12,703 nt of DNA from NCBI GenBank assembly GCA_964452145.1, contig CAYVLA010000043.1, forward strand, positions 13,863 through 26,565, in the 5' to 3' direction. Within the stretch, counting starts at the first letter, position 1. The number at the start of each line of letters is the position of its first letter. The position numbers and the translations under genes were made by a program. The notes below the pieces were generated by a model, which worked only from the letters and a program-made list of their open reading frames with translations, searched no databases and was not told the DNA's origin. This stretch comes from Candidatus Hadarchaeota archaeon (GTDB taxonomy: Archaea > CAYQAE01 > CAYVLA01). Shown here piece after piece: positions 6,551 to 12,703 of the stretch.

Positions 6551-7600
6551 TCAACCCGGCTTGTCCTCACCTTTGAGCACGCCGAATTTGTAGGTCAGAT
6601 ATGCCGTGGCCAGGGCGCCGACCAGGGTCACTATCCAGTACGATATGATCCTGTCCACGAAGATCGCCGAGCCGGAGATATCCCTTCTCACCCCTAGGCC
6701 TATGAACAGGGCGATCATCGTTGCCTCCGTTGCTCCCAGTCCGCCGGGCAGAAGGGGCAGGAACTCGGCGAATATGGATGCCACAGCGACCACATTGATG
6801 ACCAACAGAGGAACGTCCCATCCCAGTGACAGGAAAACCGTCTTCAGCCTCAGGATCACGGTGCCCCACGACAACAGGGAAATCAGCAGGCTTGCCAGAA
6901 GGAGGGACCTATTTCTGGATATCGTGCTGACGCCGAGGTGGAACGTCTCAAGCGCTTGCTTGGCCCTAGTTCTGACCTGATCCACGGGTCTGAATCGTCC
7001 GATCAGGGGTGCCAGCCTGTCTATCACGAAGAGCAGCAATCGCATCCCCGTTTCCTTCCGAAGCGAGGCAGATACGATGACTGCCGACAGGATGGCCGAT
7101 GTTGCGAGGCCGAGTATGACGAACGTGAGGAGTATCAGGTTGCTGGTCATGTGGGCAAGAGTCATGAGGAAGAAAGTCCCAAGACAGATGAGGACGAAGG
7201 GGGCCATATCGAAGACCCGATCCACGATGACGCTCGCTAGCCCTTCCTCGAATGACATCCGACCGGCCTTCCCGACGAAGTAGCTCCTCACCGGTTCGCC
7301 CCCGCTCTTGGACACGGGCGTCATGTTGTTGAAGAATGCCCCTGCGAACGTTATGGCCACAATGTCTCTGGGGACTCTCTGGCCCTGAGCCCTGATGATG
7401 ACCGACCATCTCAGCGACCACAGTCCCATGTGACACATCTGTAAGCAGACGGCCAGAAGGAAGTAACTGGGGTTCATAGCCCGAAGGTTCTGGAGGACGC
7501 CCTTGCCGCCCATGGCCAGCACGAGCACCACCACCAAACACAGGCCCACCGCTACAAGGCTTGCTGCTCTGATCATGTTGGCGCGTGAAGTTGAGCGCAA
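6551..7600 (-). CDS. UPF0104 / lysylphosphatidylglycerol-synthase TM domain (flippase-like) membrane protein, paralog 2
   Basis: FFNNMTP.SKSGGEP.RSY, DRVFD, PGGLGATE, DRIISYW; multiple TM segments; AGGTGG just before TTG 7600. An ATG 8 codons downstream is an alternative start. Confidence 0.9.
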   Translation of the reverse strand: MRSTSRANMIRAASLVAVGLCLVVVLVLAMGGKGVLQNLRAMNPSYFLLAVCLQMCHMGLWSLRWSVIIRAQGQRVPRDIVAITFAGAFFNNMTPVSKSGGEPVRSYFVGKAGRMSFEEGLASVIVDRVFDMAPFVLICLGTFFLMTLAHMTSNLILLTFVILGLATSAILSAVIVSASLRKETGMRLLLFVIDRLAPLIGRFRPVDQVRTRAKQALETFHLGVSTISRNRSLLLASLLISLLSWGTVILRLKTVFLSLGWDVPLLVINVVAVASIFAEFLPLLPGGLGATEATMIALFIGLGVRRDISGSAIFVDRIISYWIVTLVGALATAYLTYKFGVLKGEDKPG

Positions 7601-7635
7601 TGGTCCACCTACGCAGAGGAGTCCCGCGCCTGACG

Positions 7636-7648
7636 GTTATAAGTATTT
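7636..7648 (-). promoter_or_regulatory. Putative TATA box for flippase paralog 2
   Basis: AAATACTTATAAC on the minus strand, about 35 nt upstream of the start. Confidence 0.6.
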
Positions 7649-7730
7649 GCCTGTGGATGTTCAAACTTGGCGCAAAAAGGGAACTACATTGAGCGATTTG
7701 TATCTTTACGTAACACAGATTCTGCTCATG

Positions 7731-7742
7731 ATACATTTATCT
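7731..7742 (+). promoter_or_regulatory. Putative TATA-like box for the divergent GT4 gene
   Basis: ATACATTTATCT at the right end of the AT-rich divergent spacer. Confidence 0.4.
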
Positions 7743-7898
7743 CCGAGGTGGAGGGCATCGTACCACAGGGATCATGAATGGGGCTGTCGGTCTACCGGCC
7801 GCTTGCACGCGCCTTGCCGCCATGGGTACCGTGGGATACCCCGGTCAGTCAGAAGATCCCCAAGACCTAGGGTCGCTCTTGGCTGGGGGCATGATGGA

Positions 7899-9005
7899 TT
7901 GAAGCTTGCCTTGATCACGGACACATACCATCCTCAGGTGAATGGCGTCGTCAGCGTGGTTGATGCCATTGCCCAGGATGTCGGCAAGGAATGCGATGTT
8001 AAGATCCTCGCACCGTCCGGAGCAGGCAGGAATGGCGTCCACGCCTTCAGGTCCTTCTCCTTCCATCCCTACCCCGAGTACAGGATAGCTGCCGTGGGAC
8101 CGAGTACCGTCGGCAGGATCTTCGCCGAAGAGGGCATAGACATCGTTCACGTCCACACCCCCTTTACCCTGGGTCTGGTCGGCGTTGCTGCTGCGAAAAG
8201 GATGGGTCTGCCGTCCGTTGGGACGTTTCACACCATGCTTCCTGAGTATACTCACTACGTCTACGGACGAATCGGCTTCCTGCTCAAGGGCCTTACGTGG
8301 AGGTATGTGAGCTGCTTCTACCGTCGTTGCAGCGTCGTTACCACGCCTTCGCATCCGATCAAGGAGGCTCTCCTTAGGCACGGACTCAAGGACGTCAGGG
8401 TGATCTCCAATGCGGTCAATGTGGACACGTTTTGCCCTCGGGATGCGGAACCACACGCGGACCCGGTGATACTCTTCGTGGGACGTCTTGGAAAGGAGAA
8501 GCGGATAGAGGTGTTGATCAACGCCGCGCCGCTCATCCTTGAGCGTTACCATCGGGCTAGGTTCATGCTGGTTGGGACCGGGGTCCAGGAGACGTTCTAT
8601 AGAAAGATGGTGAAGGCGAAGGGTCTTTCGGACAGCTTCATCTTCAGACGATACCTGAGTCTCCCCGAGCTTATCACGGCCTACCGGGAATGCGATATCT
8701 TCGTCCTGCCCTCCGATACGGAGACCCAGGGGCTTGTAGCCTTGGAGGCGATGGCCTGCGGGAAACCGGTGGTCGGGGCGGACGCCGGGGGTCTGAAGGA
8801 AGTCGTGAACCACGGCGTTGACGGATTCCGGTTCCCACCCGGCGATTCGGTGCGGCTGGCAGGGTATACACTCACACTCATAGATGACGAGGCGCTTCGC
8901 CGCCGGATGGGGGAGGAGGCGAGGAAGAAAGCCGAGAATTTCACGTCCGTCAAGATCGCGCGGCAGTGGGTCGACTTTTACCTATCGCTCTTGGAGGCTT
9001 CCTGA
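7899..9005 (+). CDS. Glycosyltransferase family 4, resembling 1,2-diacylglycerol 3-alpha-glucosyltransferase (UGDG/LafA-like)
   Basis: Start moved to TTG 7899: MKLALITDTYHPQVNGVV. DIVHVHTPF..G, TFHT, FVGRLGKEK, PSDTETQGLVALEAMACGKPVV (E-x7-E). RBS-like GGGGGCATGAT upstream. Confidence 0.93.
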   Translation: MKLALITDTYHPQVNGVVSVVDAIAQDVGKECDVKILAPSGAGRNGVHAFRSFSFHPYPEYRIAAVGPSTVGRIFAEEGIDIVHVHTPFTLGLVGVAAAKRMGLPSVGTFHTMLPEYTHYVYGRIGFLLKGLTWRYVSCFYRRCSVVTTPSHPIKEALLRHGLKDVRVISNAVNVDTFCPRDAEPHADPVILFVGRLGKEKRIEVLINAAPLILERYHRARFMLVGTGVQETFYRKMVKAKGLSDSFIFRRYLSLPELITAYRECDIFVLPSDTETQGLVALEAMACGKPVVGADAGGLKEVVNHGVDGFRFPPGDSVRLAGYTLTLIDDEALRRRMGEEARKKAENFTSVKIARQWVDFYLSLLEAS

Positions 9006-10088
9006 CCGCCAGGATTCCGAAGGGGCCTGACCAAGGACCTCCTCATAGACGCTCTCGACCTCGGACGCCGTCTTGTCCCACGATAGCGATCTCGCCCGCT
9101 TGTAGGCCTTCCGCCCCAGCTCGCGGCGCAGCGATGCATCCGAAGATAGTTGATCCATGGCTCGCGCCAAATCCCCGGCATCTGCCGGCTCCACAATGAT
9201 CCCTCCATCGGCGACGACCTCTGGCACTCCGCCGACGCGCGTGGCCACCACCGGCTTAGCCACCGCCATGGCCTCTAGAAGAACCAGCCCGAAGGACTCC
9301 GATCTGGACGGAAGCACCAGAAACATGCACTCTCTGAGAAGACGTGCCTTGTCGTTCTCTGCGACCTGGCCCAGGAGCCGGAGGCCCGGGGCATGCTTGA
9401 GAGAACCGTAAAGGGGTCCGGTACCGCACACGACGACCTTGACCCCTCCCTGCTTGGCGACCCTTGCCAGAACGTCCAAGCCCTTGGTCTGCACCAAGCG
9501 GCCAATGAAGAGAGCGTAGTCACCCTCCTGGTGTGAAGGCCTCCCGATGTCGACGCCGTTGTAGATGACTCTGGTGGCATCGCCGCTCAGCCCTCTTTGG
9601 ATGAGGCGGTTCCTTATGTAGGTGCATATGCAGATGACTTTGGAGCAGCGCCCGGCGAAGGAGGCTGTGAAGACCGAGTCGTTGAGAAGACTGAAAGGCC
9701 TTTGTGGTCCTGCACCCTCGGCGAAGTCGTTGTGCCAGGTGAACACGACGGGTCTGGTGCCAAAGAAGCTAGCCATGCCCCTCTGATAGTCCGGCGACCA
9801 GCGATGGTGAGCGTGTATGATATCCGGGGAGATCTCAGCGATCTTCCTGCGTATGCCCCGCGTCACGGTCGCAGGTGGCCTGTAGAGGGGGAAGAAGCGT
9901 GTCGGCAGGCGATGGATTTCAACGCCTCGTAGGTCTTCCTCTGCGCAGGTTCCGGGCAGTTGGCTTGTCACGACGTGAACCTCGTGGGATCGGGACAGCC
10001 TGGTCGCTATGGCCTGGATGTGGTTCTCGATCCCGCCAACGTAGGGATGGAAGAATGGGTTCACCAAGCAGATTCTCATGCCGGACAT
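8982..10088 (-). CDS. Glycosyltransferase family 4 (GT-B, PimA/RfaG-like)
   Basis: MRICLVNPFFHPYVGGIE, FIGRLVQTKG, PSRSESFGLVLLEAMAVAKPVVATRVGGVPEVV; RBS GGAGGAG 8 nt upstream. Confidence 0.93.
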   Translation of the reverse strand: MSGMRICLVNPFFHPYVGGIENHIQAIATRLSRSHEVHVVTSQLPGTCAEEDLRGVEIHRLPTRFFPLYRPPATVTRGIRRKIAEISPDIIHAHHRWSPDYQRGMASFFGTRPVVFTWHNDFAEGAGPQRPFSLLNDSVFTASFAGRCSKVICICTYIRNRLIQRGLSGDATRVIYNGVDIGRPSHQEGDYALFIGRLVQTKGLDVLARVAKQGGVKVVVCGTGPLYGSLKHAPGLRLLGQVAENDKARLLRECMFLVLPSRSESFGLVLLEAMAVAKPVVATRVGGVPEVVADGGIIVEPADAGDLARAMDQLSSDASLRRELGRKAYKRARSLSWDKTASEVESVYEEVLGQAPSESWRSGSLQER

Positions 10089-10133
10089 CTGGTAATCTCC
10101 TCCGCCCGACCTGATCGGTAGATGGGCACCCTA

Positions 10134-10172
10134 TCACATCGACTGAACCTCGGTACCGCGTCGATGACGTGA
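10134..10172. other. Stem-loop between the Gfo/Idh/MocA gene and the GT4 gene (terminator, processing or stability element?)
   Basis: TCAC-ATCGAC ... GTCGAT-(GAC)-GTGA, starting 3 nt after the Gfo stop; no U-tract. Confidence 0.3.
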
Positions 10173-10175
10173 ATC

Positions 10176-11141
10176 CTAGACTGCTGCGGCATATATGCGG
10201 TCAACCAGATTCATGGTCTTGACGGCATCTTCGAAGTTCGTATCGGGCTGGGTCCCGGCCCTTATGCAGTCGATGAAGTGTCGGTTCTCCTGATAGAAGC
10301 CATAAGTCTTGTGGGACGCATCCGAGCCTGCGGCTTCCGTGGCCGTCAGCTCCACGGCCGCATCCCTTGCATCGTAGATCACCGCCCTGTCGCTGGGGTT
10401 GACGAAGGCCGAGAAGCCCTTGGAGTGCATCTCGAAGGTGTGAATCCTGCTCCCGGCTGCCCAATTGCTCAGTAGAAAGCCGGAGGCGCCTGACTCGAAC
10501 TCCATCAGGGCGTTGAAGCTGTTGGGGTGATCCGAGTGAACAGATCTTATGTGGCTTATCACCTTCTTCGGTTCTCCGCACATCCACCGAAGCGCATCGA
10601 CGGCGTGGATCACGTCGCAGGTCAGCAGGTCCACCGCACCGGCGTAATAGGGGGGTGAATCCATCATCCTCTTGTAGAACGTTGCCACGGCTTGGTGGAT
10701 GGGTCCCCTCTGCTCGGCCATTCCCTTCACCTTGGCCATGAGGGGAATGTACCTGCGGTTGAAGGCGACCATCGTTAGGCATCCGTGTTCCCTGGCGTGT
10801 TCGGCTAGGCACTTGGTTTGGAAACTGGTGATCCCCGGCGGCTTCTCTATGAATAGGTGGATGCCTCTGTCCAGGCAGGACACGGCCAGGTCGTACAAGA
10901 GGTGGGGCGGCATTAGTATGTAGGCCGCATCGGGCTTCGTTTCCTCGATCATCTTCCCATACTCAGAGTACCTGGCCTCTATGCCGAAGCGGTCCGCCGT
11001 GGATTCGAGGCGGTCCCGGTCGATGTCGCAGAGTGCGCACATCTCAACGTCCCTGAACTCGGCAAGCGAGGGATAGTGGACTGAGTTGGCCATGCCTCCC
11101 GCCCCGATCAGAGCTAGGCGGATCCTGTCCAATCCGATCAT
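10176..11141 (-). CDS. Gfo/Idh/MocA family NAD(P)-dependent oxidoreductase
   Basis: IRLALIGAGGMA Rossmann motif, HLFIEKP, VAFNRRY, DVIHAVD. The start may be TTG 11132, given GGGGGATGATC upstream. Confidence 0.92.
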   Translation of the reverse strand: MIGLDRIRLALIGAGGMANSVHYPSLAEFRDVEMCALCDIDRDRLESTADRFGIEARYSEYGKMIEETKPDAAYILMPPHLLYDLAVSCLDRGIHLFIEKPPGITSFQTKCLAEHAREHGCLTMVAFNRRYIPLMAKVKGMAEQRGPIHQAVATFYKRMMDSPPYYAGAVDLLTCDVIHAVDALRWMCGEPKKVISHIRSVHSDHPNSFNALMEFESGASGFLLSNWAAGSRIHTFEMHSKGFSAFVNPSDRAVIYDARDAAVELTATEAAGSDASHKTYGFYQENRHFIDCIRAGTQPDTNFEDAVKTMNLVDRIYAAAV

Positions 11142-11148
11142 CCCCCAC

Positions 11149-12006
11149 TCACAGATCCCTTAGATAAACCTTCTCGCCTGTCTGTCGGCTCTTCACCAGC
11201 CCGTTCAGGCACGCGATGATCTCAATGGTGTCCGCCATCGGGATGGGGCTTTCCCCGGTTTTGACGAACTCGACCACCTTCCTGAGCGTCTCGGGATAAT
11301 ACAGGCTGGTCTCAACGGGGATGTCCTCCCGGCCCTTCTCGCCGTGCGCGATGACTCTGAAGTCAACCTTCGCATCGCGCAGTATCTGCAGGGAGATGGT
11401 CTGCCCGCCGTGATACTGGACCGTGGCCACGTCATGTCCCTCGGGGCCGATGTTGATCACGTATTCCACGCCGGAACCGAAGACTGCACTCATCATCTCG
11501 GCTGCATGGACGCCGTAGAAGATGGTTTCTCCCATGCCCGTCACGGTTCCGGTTCGAAGGGGGCCGATCTCCTCTAGTCTGGGCCTTCTTGAGGTGATCT
11601 CCGGTGCGTATCGGAGGGATGAGCACGACATAAGCGGCGTGCCGGTGCTCTCGGACGCGGCGGCCAGCTTCCTTGCATCATCCAGACTCACCGCAAGAGG
11701 CTTGTCGACAAAGGTCGGAACCCCGGCCTCTAGGAATGGGAGAGCTTCGCTGAGATGCCGACTGCCATCGCGGGACACGCAGAGAACGCCGTCGACCAGG
11801 GGAATGAGATCCCGCATCTCCCCGACCTGATTCAATCCCAGCTCCCTGAGCTTCTGGACGTTCTCGTCGTCGTAGGCATAGAATGCGACGACCTTCGCTC
11901 CCCGAACTCTTTCCTCGTCAGGGAGATCCTTCACGTTGGTCAGCCGTGAGAAGACCGCCGAGTGCGAGTTGTTCGTCCCGCACAGTCCGAGTTTGATCAT
12001 AGGCAT
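11149..12006 (-). CDS. Gfo/Idh/MocA family oxidoreductase (short, variant-motif subfamily)
   Basis: Start moved to ATG 12006 or 12000: MIKLGLCGTNNSH...HLSEALPFLEAGVPTFVDKPLA...SCSSLRY...YGVH. Ends 7 nt before the next Gfo gene. Confidence 0.88.
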   Translation of the reverse strand: MPMIKLGLCGTNNSHSAVFSRLTNVKDLPDEERVRGAKVVAFYAYDDENVQKLRELGLNQVGEMRDLIPLVDGVLCVSRDGSRHLSEALPFLEAGVPTFVDKPLAVSLDDARKLAAASESTGTPLMSCSSLRYAPEITSRRPRLEEIGPLRTGTVTGMGETIFYGVHAAEMMSAVFGSGVEYVINIGPEGHDVATVQYHGGQTISLQILRDAKVDFRVIAHGEKGREDIPVETSLYYPETLRKVVEFVKTGESPIPMADTIEIIACLNGLVKSRQTGEKVYLRDL

Positions 12007-12030
12007 TCCAGGGCAGCTTCCCGAGGGTGG

Positions 12031-12040
12031 TATATATGTG
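12031..12040 (-). promoter_or_regulatory. Archaeal-type TATA box for the Gfo-Gfo(-GT4) unit, leaderless spacing
   Basis: CACATATATA on the minus strand, ending 24 nt before ATG 12006; no RBS in between. Confidence 0.65.
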
Positions 12041-12125
12041 GATCGGGTTGCCGGAATCGGTCCCCCGTTCACGGCTTCCGGCCGCTTCGTGGACCGGGCC
12101 CGGTGATGTCCACTAGTATGTGTCT

Positions 12126-12170
12126 GGGGGGAAGAGAAGGAGAAGCAGAAGGAGAAGGGGAAGGGGAGAA
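12126..12170. repeat. Polypurine tract built from degenerate GAGAAG hexamers
   Basis: 44 of 45 nt are purines; gagaag gagaag cagaag gagaag gggaag at 12134-12163. Confidence 0.8.
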
Positions 12171-12173
12171 TCC

Positions 12174-12182
12174 TTTTTATTA
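12174..12182 (+). promoter_or_regulatory. Putative TATA box for the right-edge gene
   Basis: TTTTTATTA preceded by purines (GGAGAA), about 40 nt before ATG 12222. Confidence 0.55.
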
Positions 12183-12221
12183 GAGATGCCACCGCTTCGG
12201 CCGGAATGGGCGGCGGTGGAT

Positions 12222-12703
12222 ATGTCCTCCGACGGGTTTCGAGATGTTCCAGTTAAGACCTTGTCCAGAACCGGTTTCATCCCGAGATGGCTAGTCTGCG
12301 GTCCCTTCGATATGGGCGATGAAGCTGAGGCCTTCAGGCTCTACCGCATGGGAAGGCTTGATCTTCCCGACCATGATCCCCTCGGAGGCGAGCTCTTCGT
12401 GGATCCCTCACCGGGCGCGGCCCAAGGGTCAGTCCTGGTGCCCGGCAGGGAAACGGTCTGGCGGACGGTGAACGCCACATCACCGTTGCTGGATTTCGCA
12501 TCTCTCTTCCCCAGCGCGACGCATGGAATCGCCTATGCCGCGAGCTACGTCGAAAGCCCGGCAGAGGCGCTGCTTGTGTGCGACTTCCGGCCCCGGATGG
12601 TCGGCAGGCTGATCGTGAACCATCAAACGGCCTCGCCGGATTTCGGCCTGGTCCAGGTCGCCCTCAAGGAGGGCAGGAATCTGATTCTGGCAAAGGTGCT
12701 GGG
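12222..12703 (+). CDS. Partial gene with an N-terminal galactose-binding-like jelly-roll domain of the type preceding glycoside hydrolases/esterases (runs off right edge)
   Basis: Not in ORF track; open to the window end: MSSDGFRDVPVKTLSRTGFIPRWLVCGPF...ETVWRTV...LLDFASLF...GIAYAASYVESP...LIVNHQ...VALKEGRNLILAKVL. The WLxxGPF / AYA / LKxGxNxILxKV pattern is recognisable; the catalytic domain is not visible. Confidence 0.8.
   Translation, partial: MSSDGFRDVPVKTLSRTGFIPRWLVCGPFDMGDEAEAFRLYRMGRLDLPDHDPLGGELFVDPSPGAAQGSVLVPGRETVWRTVNATSPLLDFASLFPSATHGIAYAASYVESPAEALLVCDFRPRMVGRLIVNHQTASPDFGLVQVALKEGRNLILAKVL

Noticed and set aside
6966..7736. 256-aa minus-strand ORF overlapping flippase 2 in another frame
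   Set aside because: Arg/Gly/Pro-rich off-frame composition, no motifs, and it runs through the promoter region.
7503..7898. 132-aa N-terminal extension making the GT4 500 aa
   Set aside because: Overlaps flippase 2 and both divergent promoters; the family N-terminus begins at TTG 7899.
7845..8813. 322-aa minus-strand ORF
   Set aside because: Lies almost entirely antisense to a well-supported GT4 and has no recognisable motifs; a shadow ORF from GC-rich codon bias.
10201..10812. 203-aa alternative-frame ORF inside the Gfo gene, and the other short ORF-track entries
   Set aside because: All overlap confident genes and show no independent motifs or initiation signals.
12007..12192. N-terminal extension of the Gfo ORF (ILPFPFSFCFSFSS) resembling a signal peptide
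   Set aside because: It is the translation of the polypyrimidine strand of the repeat and spans the TATA box; the Rossmann fold starts at 12000-12006.
1..12703. CRISPR array, tRNA/rRNA, transposase/integrase, Sec/Pyl readthrough
   Set aside because: No regularly spaced repeats, cloverleaf, recombinase motifs or in-frame stops inside conserved domains were seen.

Overview
A GC-rich chromosomal window with no mobile element, CRISPR array, rRNA or tRNA. Several signals suggest an anaerobic, sugar-using archaeon: BRE/TATA-like boxes about 25-70 nt upstream of most transcription units, GGAGG/GGTGA(TC)-type ribosome-binding sites, many TTG starts, and an archaeal-style thermonuclease. This is inferred, not proven. 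Left to right: a ferredoxin-fused EtfA (cut by the left edge, missing from the ORF track) and a bifurcating-type EtfB; an aldo/keto reductase with a C-terminal Fe-S domain, preceded by a 13-codon SD-led uORF that overlaps its start; an FkbM-like methyltransferase; two paralogous UPF0104/LPG_synthase_TM flippase-like proteins flanking a galactonate dehydratase (dgoD) and a membrane-anchored thermonuclease; two convergent GT4 glycosyltransferases; two Gfo/Idh/MocA oxidoreductases; a polypurine hexamer tract; and the start of a divergent gene with a jelly-roll-like N-terminal domain (cut by the right edge). The best candidate for an undescribed system is 2 flippase-like + 2 GT4 + methyltransferase, a possible archaeal glycolipid or glycan synthesis, methylation and flipping module. 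Several ORF-track starts were corrected.
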